Below are positions 37,251 through 46,854 of a DNA stretch of 64,000 bases, piece by piece. A model generated the notes under the pieces. It searched no databases and was not told the DNA's origin. It worked only from the letters and a program-made list of their open reading frames with translations. Source of the stretch: Setoptus koraiensis. Taxonomy: Eukaryota; Animalia; Arthropoda. The stretch is from contig CM106586.1 of assembly GCA_048013815.1 (NCBI GenBank), positions 12,772,001 to 12,836,000 of the forward strand, in the 5' to 3' direction. Position numbers and translations under genes: made by a program. Position 1 is the stretch's first letter; every line of letters begins with the position of its first letter.

Positions 37251-38336
37251 GAACGCAGCAACGCTCAAGGTCCGTTTGACTATATTGCTAATGCTGGCGC
37301 CTCGAGTAATGTCAAATCAATGTCACCAAACAGAACACGGCTTATTGCTGGTGCTGATTCAGTGCCCACATTGACGGCCGATAGATTGGTTCGTCGAGAT
37401 GACAGCGACAACGAACGCTATCTCGAGGCCATTCTCAGCGCGATTGCTCACGATCACATATTGCACCCGCACACGGGCGCCACATCAATGGATGATAAAG
37501 ACAACAACGCACAACAAACAACAACGACAACAGCAACAACAACAACAACAGGTGCAACTCAACGAGGACAACAATTATTGGCGACAGACAATAAGCAATC
37601 GTCTTACGATGGGGCTGACACTTTGTTGCTCGAAACTAATGCCAACAGTTTAGCGGAAACCGTTACTCAACCGCCAGATAACGGCACCAACAACAACAAC
37701 GACAACAACAACAACAACGACAACAACAACAACAACGACAACAACGACGACAACAACAACAACGACAACAACAACGAAGGCACCAATGACAATAGTGACA
37801 TCAAGATAAACGACGACGACGACACAGTGAACAACAATGACATGAGTGACAGTAACCACGCCAACCACCGACAACAAGCGGCAACTGACGGCGCTGTCAA
37901 TGATGCCCTCATGATGGCAAATGATCTTTTGGGTACACTTAGTGCAGATAACGCTGTTGTTGCAACACCGGATATTGGATTGATTGCGTCATCGGAACCA
38001 TTGACAGCATCGAGTAACGGTTTTCGGTTACGAGGCATGGCACATAGCAACATGGCGCATCTTAGGCAACCTCAACTGGCTCTGACGACACTAGGGGGCG
38101 CCCTCAATAACAACAACGACAACAACAACAACAATGATAATAATAATGATGTTGCTATTGACGATGTTATAACCATTCCGAGACATCAACAACATCGCCA
38201 GCATGAGTCGGCGTCGTCGCCTTCATTTGCATCGTCACTGGCGTCACCGTTAACTTTTGACGCCAATTATCCTAAGAGACAGATAAGATTTCATCGGTGC
38301 TACTTCAATCCTATTTCCTGTTTTAGGAAACGCTGA
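37251..38336 (+). CDS. AstC: Allatostatin C precursor exon 2; mature peptide pQIRFHRCYFNPISCF at 38280-38324
   Basis: C-terminal KR-QIRFHRCYFNPISCF-RKR-stop is the PISCF-type AST-C with two Cys and basic flanks. Confidence 0.95.
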   Translation, partial: ERSNAQGPFDYIANAGASSNVKSMSPNRTRLIAGADSVPTLTADRLVRRDDSDNERYLEAILSAIAHDHILHPHTGATSMDDKDNNAQQTTTTTATTTTTGATQRGQQLLATDNKQSSYDGADTLLLETNANSLAETVTQPPDNGTNNNNDNNNNNDNNNNNDNNDDNNNNDNNNEGTNDNSDIKINDDDDTVNNNDMSDSNHANHRQQAATDGAVNDALMMANDLLGTLSADNAVVATPDIGLIASSEPLTASSNGFRLRGMAHSNMAHLRQPQLALTTLGGALNNNNDNNNNNDNNNDVAIDDVITIPRHQQHRQHESASSPSFASSLASPLTFDANYPKRQIRFHRCYFNPISCFRKR

Positions 38337-39822
38337 TAAACAAAAGCGATGAATGAAATAATGGAAAAAATTGATTGTTCATCATGAAAACAACTATTTT
38401 TGTGATGAATGCTCACTTGAACACCGTTAGTTGTTTTATTGAATTGATGGGCTAACAAGAGAGCATCAATTCAATAAATTAGCAATTGTGAGCCCTCTCC
38501 CATGCCAGCATTTGGCTGACACTTGACTGACACATGGCTGCATTTTTACCGCATACATTGCACCTCATATCTCAGAATGAATGGAAACTCTCTACTTCAT
38601 AATCATATCATTATCGCCATCATCATCACCGTAATCATCTTCGTCGCCGGCATGATCAAAATCAGCATCAGCATCGTCGTCGATGGTTAGTCATTACAAT
38701 TTATATCTGCCATGTATGGTACAATAGTGGCTGTTTTGACTATTTGATTATTCAATTATCATTATGCACATATCATCGATAATCTGATTGATTTGCGCGC
38801 GAAAAAATCAATTCAGATTATCGCCACTCGGGGAATTATTCATAATTTAATCGGTACTGGCTACAAGCAATACAATTAACAGTAATAGTATACGATGTGT
38901 CGTTACAATTGTTGATCAATCAATAGCTCACGTGAATGATCGCTTGCTTCGTAATCAAATAACACTTAGAATCATAGATAAAAAAAAATTAGACAAAATT
39001 GTCAACAACAGATATAATTAATTGTGCCGGGCCAAAATATTACTATATTAAATATTGATATATCGGGCCAAAGTATTCAGGAGACGCCATCCTTTGTCGA
39101 CAGTTTGTTAGGCTCTATCGTTTGCCCTGAGTCACTCGAGCTCATCTGACAATGAAGAGCGTTTTTTATGGGTAACTCGTCAGACCTACACACACATGCA
39201 GGATGAGATCTCGATGAAGTTACTAATAATGTTGATTAATAGAATAATAATGTTGATTTATTGACCCTATCTCCTCGCTTGCAACCATCGCGCTATCTAT
39301 CAAATAAAAGTTAAATCGTGATTGCTGAGATTGCTAGTTGGCTTAGCGATTAAATGAAATCGTTTGTTGTGCGCATGTAATAAAAATACAGGTACAAATA
39401 AACTGAAGAAATTCTTCACACAATAAAATTCAACTTTAGTTTCGATTGGCGGCGAGCAGGCAATCTGTCGAAATGATTGGCTTTTTCGGATAAGGGCGAA
39501 TAAGGGTTGTGAATTAGGGACTTCATTGGACGAAACTGTTTCGCGGATTAGCCGGCGCACGTGGTCGAACAATTTTTTTTGTACCGCGTGATTGATGATG
39601 TAATTTGAGTGGTCTGAGTAATTTGGTTTACATATATATTATAATAACTAAATTTGCTTGTATATATAACTAATATACGTTGCTAGGACCTCCAAACTTG
39701 CGGAAAATTCACGAATTTATCAAAACCAGCTATTTCGAGAGGGCGCCCAATTCGTCACAAAGCGTATGAATCATTATTTTGAGTGCTGCCACACTAATTA
39801 TCCTAATCAACAGCACCGTGCG

Positions 39823-39935
39823 GCCATGAAAATTTAATTCTCTTGGGCCTGGGCAATTGACAATTTTTCTGTGCTGATTCTCTGAACATAAAAATTGTCG
39901 AATGCCCAGGCCCAAGAGAATTAAATTTTCATGGC
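39823..39935. repeat. 113-bp near-perfect inverted repeat
   Basis: 46-bp arms with 2 mismatches (GCCATGAAAATTTAATTCTCTTGGGCCTGGGCA...) around a 21-nt spacer; no target-site duplication seen. Confidence 0.93.
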
Positions 39936-40106
39936 ATAATTATCTGCGACAGTTGGATAGAACAACGACAACAGCAGCCGCAACAACAACAACAACGACA
40001 ACTACAACAGCGACGACAGATTAAACTCTAGCATTGATTGGTGGATGCGGCTTGAGAGTTGGGAAATTATTAAATATTCCTCGTCACTCACACACACACA
40101 CACACA

Positions 40107-40259
40107 TGTCAGAGTCGGACTCAGCATTATGGCTGAGTCGAGACTCAAATATTAAGTCTATTATAAAAGAGAGAAGGATGGCGAGAAGCCATCATTATGT
40201 ATTTTGGTATTGTATGAATAAAGACATAGAAAAAGTATATAACAAGGCTTTGCCTAACA
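40107..40259 (+). repeat. 5' LTR
   Basis: TGTCAGAG...GCCTAACA; TATAAAA at 40162, initiator-like TCATT at 40192, AATAAA at ~40216. Confidence 0.95.
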
Positions 40260-40392
40260 TGGTGCGGCAACCAATGCTAAATGTAACAAAAGTTTATCAT
40301 TGGCACCGTACGTATGAAATTAACAATCTAACACAACGTGAATCAACCAAAAATAACCACATAAAAGCAAGATAAAACAAAAAAAAACAAAT

Positions 40393-43300
40393 ATGAGTGA
40401 CTACGAAGAAGATAATGAAGACGGAACCCAACAGGGAAACCTTCCTCAAAACGTCTCAATAGACGAGATAGCGACAACATTAGCAACAGTAATGAAGTCT
40501 AATTTGACTAAAGAAGCAAAGCAATTCGTCGCGAAGGTTCTGAATGACGCAAAAGCGTCATCTTCAAAAACTTTAGAGTCACAACCGAGTGTTCCCAGCA
40601 AAATTGTTGAGAAAAAGGAATACCAACAACCGTTCGTCGACCCTACTAAATTGGTCAGAAGACCAAGAATGTTTAATGGATCTAACAAGGATGCACGACA
40701 ATGGTTCGATGAATACGAATTTTCGTGCGAGTTGAATTCATGGGACGATGAAAGCATAAAATGCAAATATTTTCCAGCTTACCTGGAAGGCTCAGCCCTC
40801 GTCTGGTATAAAAACTTCGTAAAACTACCAGCTAGAGCGGCGGGCGAAAACATTACGTGGAACTTCATCACTGAACGATTCCACAAAAATTATTTCTCAG
40901 TGATGAACAAAGCGAAAATTGGGCGTCAAATTGACAACAGGCATCAAAAAGCCGATGAACCTGTAAATGCCTTCATCACGGAGATGCGCGGTTTACTACA
41001 ACTGTATGATCCGTCAACAACGGAAACTTGTCAAGTCGAAAAAATAAGGGAGAGACTGCGACCTGCGTTTCAAAAATTCGTTGCAGTTAACAACCCACAG
41101 ACATACGACAAACTCATCGATTTATGCATAAAAGTAGAAATGGGTGAAGAGGCCGAACGTAGTAAAAATATCGCAATCGTGGTCGAAAAAAAAGAAACCA
41201 ACAAGTGGCAGAAACAAACAAACGACAAACGAAATAAAACTCGCGTCGCCAAAAACAAATCTAGCCACGACAAGAAAAACAACGACCAAAAATGCACTCG
41301 ATGCGAGCGTCAAGGCCATCTCAGAGAAGAATGTTTCGCCAAAACTAAAAGCGATAAATCGCCGTTACAAGACACGCCACCGTGTTCACCCCCACAAAAG
41401 AAAAACGTACCGAAACCCAACGACCAAGCAGTATCAAAAGAACTAACTCAAGAGGTTACAAAAATTAAACACGTAGCCATGATTGTTGGAGCTATCGGAC
41501 CAAGCCTAGGCGGCTACATCGAAGTTCCTACCGTAATCGGTGGTATACCTATAAGTAGCATGGTAGACACAGGAGCACTGGTGTCAGCAGCCATGAGTGA
41601 AAAAGTTGCCTTAGATAAGCAGTTCAAAATTGAACCGTATCATAGAAAAATGGGCCTCAAAGGCGCAAACGGCATCAAGCTCTGTATGCTAGGCGTGACT
41701 ACCCAATCTACATCGATCAGGCTTAACAACTCAACAAAAATACTGAACGTGGAATACCACGTAATTAAAAATCTTCCGGTTGACGTTCTTATCGGCAAAA
41801 AGACATTAGCGAGGTTGCGAATGTCCATACATTGTGACATCTCAGGAGACTCGTTATCATTTATCGACGACGACCAAGAAGAAATTGCAAAGCTTCGTAA
41901 CGCCAAAACCGAGAATATGGCGACATCCGCCTTGTGCAACATTGCCTCGGTGGAAAATATCCCACCAAAGAGTGGAATAATAGTGTCGGCTAAGAACTAC
42001 AGTATACAGCCACGTACACAACAGTTCATCAACATAATTGTCGACGCGAACGAAGACTTCACAACTAAACCGGCTAACGAGGTAATCGGGTTAGAAGTAG
42101 CTAATGGAATCTACGCACCTGAAAATTCAAGCTGCGACATACTTATTATGAATTCAAAAATAGTACCCGTTCATATAAAGAAGGGAGCGATAGTAGCACG
42201 CTACGAATTATTACGAAAGGTCGACGAAGACATATGCGATGAAGTTAACGCAATAGTCGAAGTAGACGACGATGGATCAGTGATCGAAATTGGCGACGAT
42301 CTAGACACTCACCAAATTGAGCAAGTACGACAGTTGATGCAAGAATACAAAGCAATATTCTCCTACCAAGGAGAGATAGGCTCGACAAATTTGTGCCAAC
42401 ACGATATCGAACTTATGCCGAACACCTCACCAATAGCAGAGCCATTGCGAAGACATGCCCAAGTCGAAAAAACAGCCGTGAAAGAGCAAATTGAGGATAT
42501 GTTGAAAAACGGGATTATCGAACCGTCATCATCCCCATGGGCTAGTGCCTACGTGCTCGTAAAAAAGAAGAATGGTAAAATGCGCTTCTGCGTTGATTAT
42601 CGCAAAGTCAACGCGGCCACGAAGAAAAACGTCTATCCGCTACCACGGTTAGACGACTGTTTAGACTTCATGAACAACAAAGTGTACTTCACATTGCTAG
42701 ATTTCTCGTCCGGGTACTGGCAAATACCGCTAGCACCAGGAGCCAGAGAAATAACCGCCTTCCGGACGTTCGATGGGCATTGGCAGTTTAAAGTGATGCC
42801 ATTTGGTCTAACTAACAGTGGTGCGTCCTTCCAAAGAATGGTCGACGCACTATTCTCTGGATTGAAAAATGACCAATTAATGGTATTCATTGACGACACG
42901 TGCATAGCTTCCCCATCGTGGGAACAGCATGTATCGACGTTAAAAAATGTTTTTGCTAGAATCAAATCAGCCAATTTACGGCTTCAACCAGCAAAATGTG
43001 TCATAGGAGCTACGTCTTTAAAATTTCTAGGACACAAAATATCAAGAAACGGGATTCAACCAGATGATGAAATGGTGAAAGCTATTAAATGCTTCCCAAA
43101 GCCGACCAATATCACGCAAGTAAGACAATTCCTGGGTAAAGCGTCTTATTATCGACGGTTTATCCCAGGATTTGCAGAAACGTCAGCTCCTCTGATCGAA
43201 CTTACGCTAAAAAACGCCCCGTTCATATGGAGCAACAGACAAGAGCACGCCTTCAACAAATTAAAACAAGCACTAAGCTCGGAGTTATGTGTGGCGTGTT

Positions 43301-46300
43301 TTAATCCACTACTACCAACAAGGTTAAAGATCGACGCAAGCTTGAATGGGTTCGGTGCCATCCTCCAGCAACAGCACACTAAAGGCTGGATGATAGTCGC
43401 AGCAGCTTCGCGTCGGCTGAACGACAGCGAAAAAAGGTATTCTATAACTAAGTTGGAGGCAGCGGCTCTAATGTGGGCATTGGAAAAGTACAGAGCGTAT
43501 CTGTTGGGGCGACCAGTGACAGTGTTGGTAGATCACTGTGCACTTTGTGTGCTAGGTAGAAAGAAGCCAATGTCCCCACAATTAGCAAGATGGGCCATTA
43601 TACTCAACGAGTACGATTTAACGATCGAATACGTGAAGGGAAAGCTTCACGCCGACGTCGACTGTTTGTCGAGAAACGCAATCAACGAATATGATCCAGT
43701 AACAGAGCGAGCAATTATATTTATATGCATGATTATGCCCACTGACGCGGACGAGTGGACAGATCGTTACACTAACTCAGTGGAAGCTCAGGCTCTGTTA
43801 GCAAGAGCAGCACAAAACGACTCTGTTAAGACTATCAACGGAGTAATATACACCAACGATGATAAGTTGTATATACCGTCAGACTTGCGCAAAAACTTTC
43901 TCTTCAAAGCCCATGACGATCTATTATCCGGGCACGGCGGCCGTACCGCGACATTAGAACGGCTAAACAAAGACCATTGGTGGCCTACCATGAAAGGAGA
44001 TGTATATAACTACGTCGATTCATGCACAACTTGCCAACAAAGGAAAGTACCTAGGCAAAAACCACCGGGTCATATGTCCTCCTTTGAGTGCTTCGCAATA
44101 TTCGAGTTAGTTGCAATAGACTGCATCGGACCTTTGCCAGCATCCGCGAAAGGCAATTGCCATGTTTTTGTTGCAATCGACACATTTTCTAAATATGTCG
44201 AAGCGAAAGCGGAGGATGAAATCACCGCAATTAAGTTCGCTAAGTTTTTAGTGAACAATGTGGTTACCAGATATGGTTGCCCACAGAGCATCCTAACAGA
44301 CAATGCTCAAACCTTCGGAGCAGAGGTAGTAAAAGAAATATGCCGACTGTTCGCAATTAAGCATTTAAAATCGACACCGCTCCATTCGCAAGGCAATGCA
44401 ATTGTGGAACGGGTCAACGCCACAATTGCTGACAAGCTTTCCATGCTCATCAATAGTAGCAATGTATTCAACAAAAATAATTGGGACGATGCATTGTCTA
44501 TGATAGTGTATGCGATTAACACAACGAAACACACGTCAACAGGCCTCGCACCCTATGAATTGATGTATGGTCGTAAACCAACACTATTGAGTGATTCGAC
44601 AACAATCGTAAAAACAAATGTGCACCAATTGTACGCTCAACTGGCAAAACTGCAATTAGAGGAAAACATAGCTATCGCAATAAACACCAACGCTGACGTG
44701 CGTGATGCGTCTAAACAAAGATACAATTCCAACAGGAAAGATATCCATTTCAGTTTAGGAGACAAAGTGTGGGTATTGAAAAAGTTAGCTAGAGGGGCTA
44801 AGTTAGACAAACGCAGCGAAGGACCATTTACGATAACTGCCATCAAAGCAAATAATGTCTATGAACTCGAAAGTGTTAACAGCAGTAAAAAAATTACACG
44901 CCACGTATCAGCTCTTCGAAGAGTAACTGATAGAGCCAATTCAAACGCCAACGTTTCGAGCGAAAGTGAAAACGATAATAGCAGTAATAGCAACCAACTG
45001 CAATCCCCTGCCAATCAAACCATGTCCAGGTCATCGAGCTCGTCGAGCATCAACTTAATAGTAACTGCGATGTTCGCAATGCTAGCGTGTACACCAGCAG
45101 CAAGCTTCAGTAATCTACAACCCGAAACCCCGGTCGTTTGGCGGCAATTGAACTCAGTCATAGTGCAGGGAATTAAACATTGGGACCTTACCGTCACGGT
45201 GGTATCACCTTGCCGCGCATTGGAGGGCGAGTCAAGAGAACTATGCAGAAATTATTTTACTAAAGAAATAATCGACCGTTTATACAGTGATTGGTGCGTA
45301 GCACACGTCGAAAGCACGAGTCGTCAATTGGCCTTTATCGCAGGAATGGTCGTGGAATATTGCTGCACCAACCTCATAGTAGCCGGATGGCACTATTTCA
45401 CCGGAGGTGAATCCGTAACTGCACAGTTACGAACGATCAAAGACAAAGTTTACGCGGTAGAGAAAGAACAAACAATAACAAATATAAGAAAAAGGGCCGA
45501 AGATAAATGGTATAAAACTCTAGCAGCACGAGTAGACAACAATACAGCAATGATCCAAGAGATCGCAAATAAAATGCCTGTCCGGCTATGGTTGTCGATA
45601 TACATACAAAACAGGATAGGTATAACGGCTGGCCAACTAGAGCAAATCATTCGAGATTGGAAGAGAGGTACCGTGTCTCGCCAGCTAGGTGTATTTTTAG
45701 GAAGCGACGAATTAGCCAACATTGACACGGAGTCATCCGTTGCGCGATCCTGTCACAGATTGGATGACGGCATACTAGGAATCAAACTATCATTCACGAC
45801 AAGGATCGTGGATAGGAAGGCTCACGTGCTCAAGGCCGACCCCTTCGAAATTTACACTAACCTCACTGGTAGGCCTTGCCTGAGCAAGTACAAGGGCAGC
45901 ACGCACGTACTAGTGAATGCAACATCCAATTGCATCACCTCCTTACCTGGATTAACGGTAGACTCCTATGTAAACGCCAATTGCAGCGAGAAAGGTTATT
46001 CCTCTAAGCTCGACCAATGGCAAGATGTGGCCTGCTTTCCTAACCTCAATCATATAGACCCGAAAGAGGAGGTAAAGACGACTAAAAGTAAGGTTTACAT
46101 CTATTGCATGGGCAAGACAATTAAGATAAACGGTCAAGTAAAGAAGTGCCCGCCGTTTGTGTTCAGTGTTAAGCCTGATTTGGAATGGGCCACCGAACAC
46201 CATTCATGGGCGACAGTGGTCAATCAATTCAGCACCGAGAACGACATCATCGACCCCAAATGGACGTCTTTGTTACGTGTCAGTTCCCATCTAGAGGACA

Positions 46301-46626
46301 CGGTAAAAATGGTTGACAAAATATCCGAGCTCATCAATATAACGGAGACCGCTCGGTTGGCACCAGATATTACGAAGCTTCACGACGAAGACTCTCCGTC
46401 AAGTATAGTGTCGATCTTAGCGGTAATTGGAGCAACTATATTGACCGTGGAGACCGTGATCATCATTCTATGGGTGAGATACAATGGTTTAAAACGCAAC
46501 GAACCGGTTGAGTTGCAAGAAATAAGGGTGCAAACAGAGACACCTCGAGCAGCAGAAACGCCAAGGCGTCCCAAAGCGACTGCTAGAGCAAGAACCGGAA
46601 GTGTTGCAGCCAACCCAACAATTTGA
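40393..46626 (+). CDS. Gag-Pol-Env single polyprotein, 2077 aa
   Basis: Capsid-type gag (YLEGSALVWY); zinc knuckle CTRCERQGHLREEC (41293); protease DTGA (41566); RT motifs RFCVDYRKVN, GYWQI, MPFGL, FIDD (42886); RNase H IDAS; integrase HHCC, exact D,D35E and GPF motif; env-like C-terminus. No stop or frameshift. Confidence 0.97.
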   Translation: MSDYEEDNEDGTQQGNLPQNVSIDEIATTLATVMKSNLTKEAKQFVAKVLNDAKASSSKTLESQPSVPSKIVEKKEYQQPFVDPTKLVRRPRMFNGSNKDARQWFDEYEFSCELNSWDDESIKCKYFPAYLEGSALVWYKNFVKLPARAAGENITWNFITERFHKNYFSVMNKAKIGRQIDNRHQKADEPVNAFITEMRGLLQLYDPSTTETCQVEKIRERLRPAFQKFVAVNNPQTYDKLIDLCIKVEMGEEAERSKNIAIVVEKKETNKWQKQTNDKRNKTRVAKNKSSHDKKNNDQKCTRCERQGHLREECFAKTKSDKSPLQDTPPCSPPQKKNVPKPNDQAVSKELTQEVTKIKHVAMIVGAIGPSLGGYIEVPTVIGGIPISSMVDTGALVSAAMSEKVALDKQFKIEPYHRKMGLKGANGIKLCMLGVTTQSTSIRLNNSTKILNVEYHVIKNLPVDVLIGKKTLARLRMSIHCDISGDSLSFIDDDQEEIAKLRNAKTENMATSALCNIASVENIPPKSGIIVSAKNYSIQPRTQQFINIIVDANEDFTTKPANEVIGLEVANGIYAPENSSCDILIMNSKIVPVHIKKGAIVARYELLRKVDEDICDEVNAIVEVDDDGSVIEIGDDLDTHQIEQVRQLMQEYKAIFSYQGEIGSTNLCQHDIELMPNTSPIAEPLRRHAQVEKTAVKEQIEDMLKNGIIEPSSSPWASAYVLVKKKNGKMRFCVDYRKVNAATKKNVYPLPRLDDCLDFMNNKVYFTLLDFSSGYWQIPLAPGAREITAFRTFDGHWQFKVMPFGLTNSGASFQRMVDALFSGLKNDQLMVFIDDTCIASPSWEQHVSTLKNVFARIKSANLRLQPAKCVIGATSLKFLGHKISRNGIQPDDEMVKAIKCFPKPTNITQVRQFLGKASYYRRFIPGFAETSAPLIELTLKNAPFIWSNRQEHAFNKLKQALSSELCVACFNPLLPTRLKIDASLNGFGAILQQQHTKGWMIVAAASRRLNDSEKRYSITKLEAAALMWALEKYRAYLLGRPVTVLVDHCALCVLGRKKPMSPQLARWAIILNEYDLTIEYVKGKLHADVDCLSRNAINEYDPVTERAIIFICMIMPTDADEWTDRYTNSVEAQALLARAAQNDSVKTINGVIYTNDDKLYIPSDLRKNFLFKAHDDLLSGHGGRTATLERLNKDHWWPTMKGDVYNYVDSCTTCQQRKVPRQKPPGHMSSFECFAIFELVAIDCIGPLPASAKGNCHVFVAIDTFSKYVEAKAEDEITAIKFAKFLVNNVVTRYGCPQSILTDNAQTFGAEVVKEICRLFAIKHLKSTPLHSQGNAIVERVNATIADKLSMLINSSNVFNKNNWDDALSMIVYAINTTKHTSTGLAPYELMYGRKPTLLSDSTTIVKTNVHQLYAQLAKLQLEENIAIAINTNADVRDASKQRYNSNRKDIHFSLGDKVWVLKKLARGAKLDKRSEGPFTITAIKANNVYELESVNSSKKITRHVSALRRVTDRANSNANVSSESENDNSSNSNQLQSPANQTMSRSSSSSSINLIVTAMFAMLACTPAASFSNLQPETPVVWRQLNSVIVQGIKHWDLTVTVVSPCRALEGESRELCRNYFTKEIIDRLYSDWCVAHVESTSRQLAFIAGMVVEYCCTNLIVAGWHYFTGGESVTAQLRTIKDKVYAVEKEQTITNIRKRAEDKWYKTLAARVDNNTAMIQEIANKMPVRLWLSIYIQNRIGITAGQLEQIIRDWKRGTVSRQLGVFLGSDELANIDTESSVARSCHRLDDGILGIKLSFTTRIVDRKAHVLKADPFEIYTNLTGRPCLSKYKGSTHVLVNATSNCITSLPGLTVDSYVNANCSEKGYSSKLDQWQDVACFPNLNHIDPKEEVKTTKSKVYIYCMGKTIKINGQVKKCPPFVFSVKPDLEWATEHHSWATVVNQFSTENDIIDPKWTSLLRVSSHLEDTVKMVDKISELINITETARLAPDITKLHDEDSPSSIVSILAVIGATILTVETVIIILWVRYNGLKRNEPVELQEIRVQTETPRAAETPRRPKATARARTGSVAANPTI
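45022..46626 (+). other. Env-like glycoprotein region (534 aa) of the polyprotein
   Basis: In-frame Met plus signal-like INLIVTAMFAMLACTPAAS; hydrophobic segment after STSR; heptad-like helix; Cys-rich region; 5 N-glycosylation sequons; C-terminal TM SIVSILAVIGATILTVETVIIILW and a short tail. Confidence 0.85.
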
Positions 46627-46668
46627 AAATCGACGCCCCGAGAGACGACAGCATCTTAAGGAGGGAGA

Positions 46669-46816
46669 TGTCAGAGTCGGACTCAGCATTATGGCTGAGT
46701 CGAGACTCAAATATTAAGCTGATTGTAAAAGGAGAGAATGATCGCGAAAAGCGATCATTATGTTTTTGGTATTGTATGAATAAAGAGATAGAAAAAATAT
46801 ATAACCAGGCTTTGCC

Positions 46817-46821
<5 letters not shown>
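46669..46821 (+). repeat. 3' LTR
   Basis: Same length and ends as the 5' LTR; first 50 nt identical, ~13 differences thereafter; preceded by the PPT at 46658-46668. Confidence 0.95.

Positions 46822-46854
<33 letters not shown>

Larger units (their letters stand above)
40107..46821 (+). mobile_element. Full-length Ty3/gypsy LTR retroelement with env-like region
   Basis: 153-bp TG..CA LTRs at both ends; PBS-like TGGTGCGGC right after the 5' LTR; PPT AAGGAGGGAGA right before the 3' LTR; pro-RT-RH-IN order; flanked both sides by (CA)n. Confidence 0.97.
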
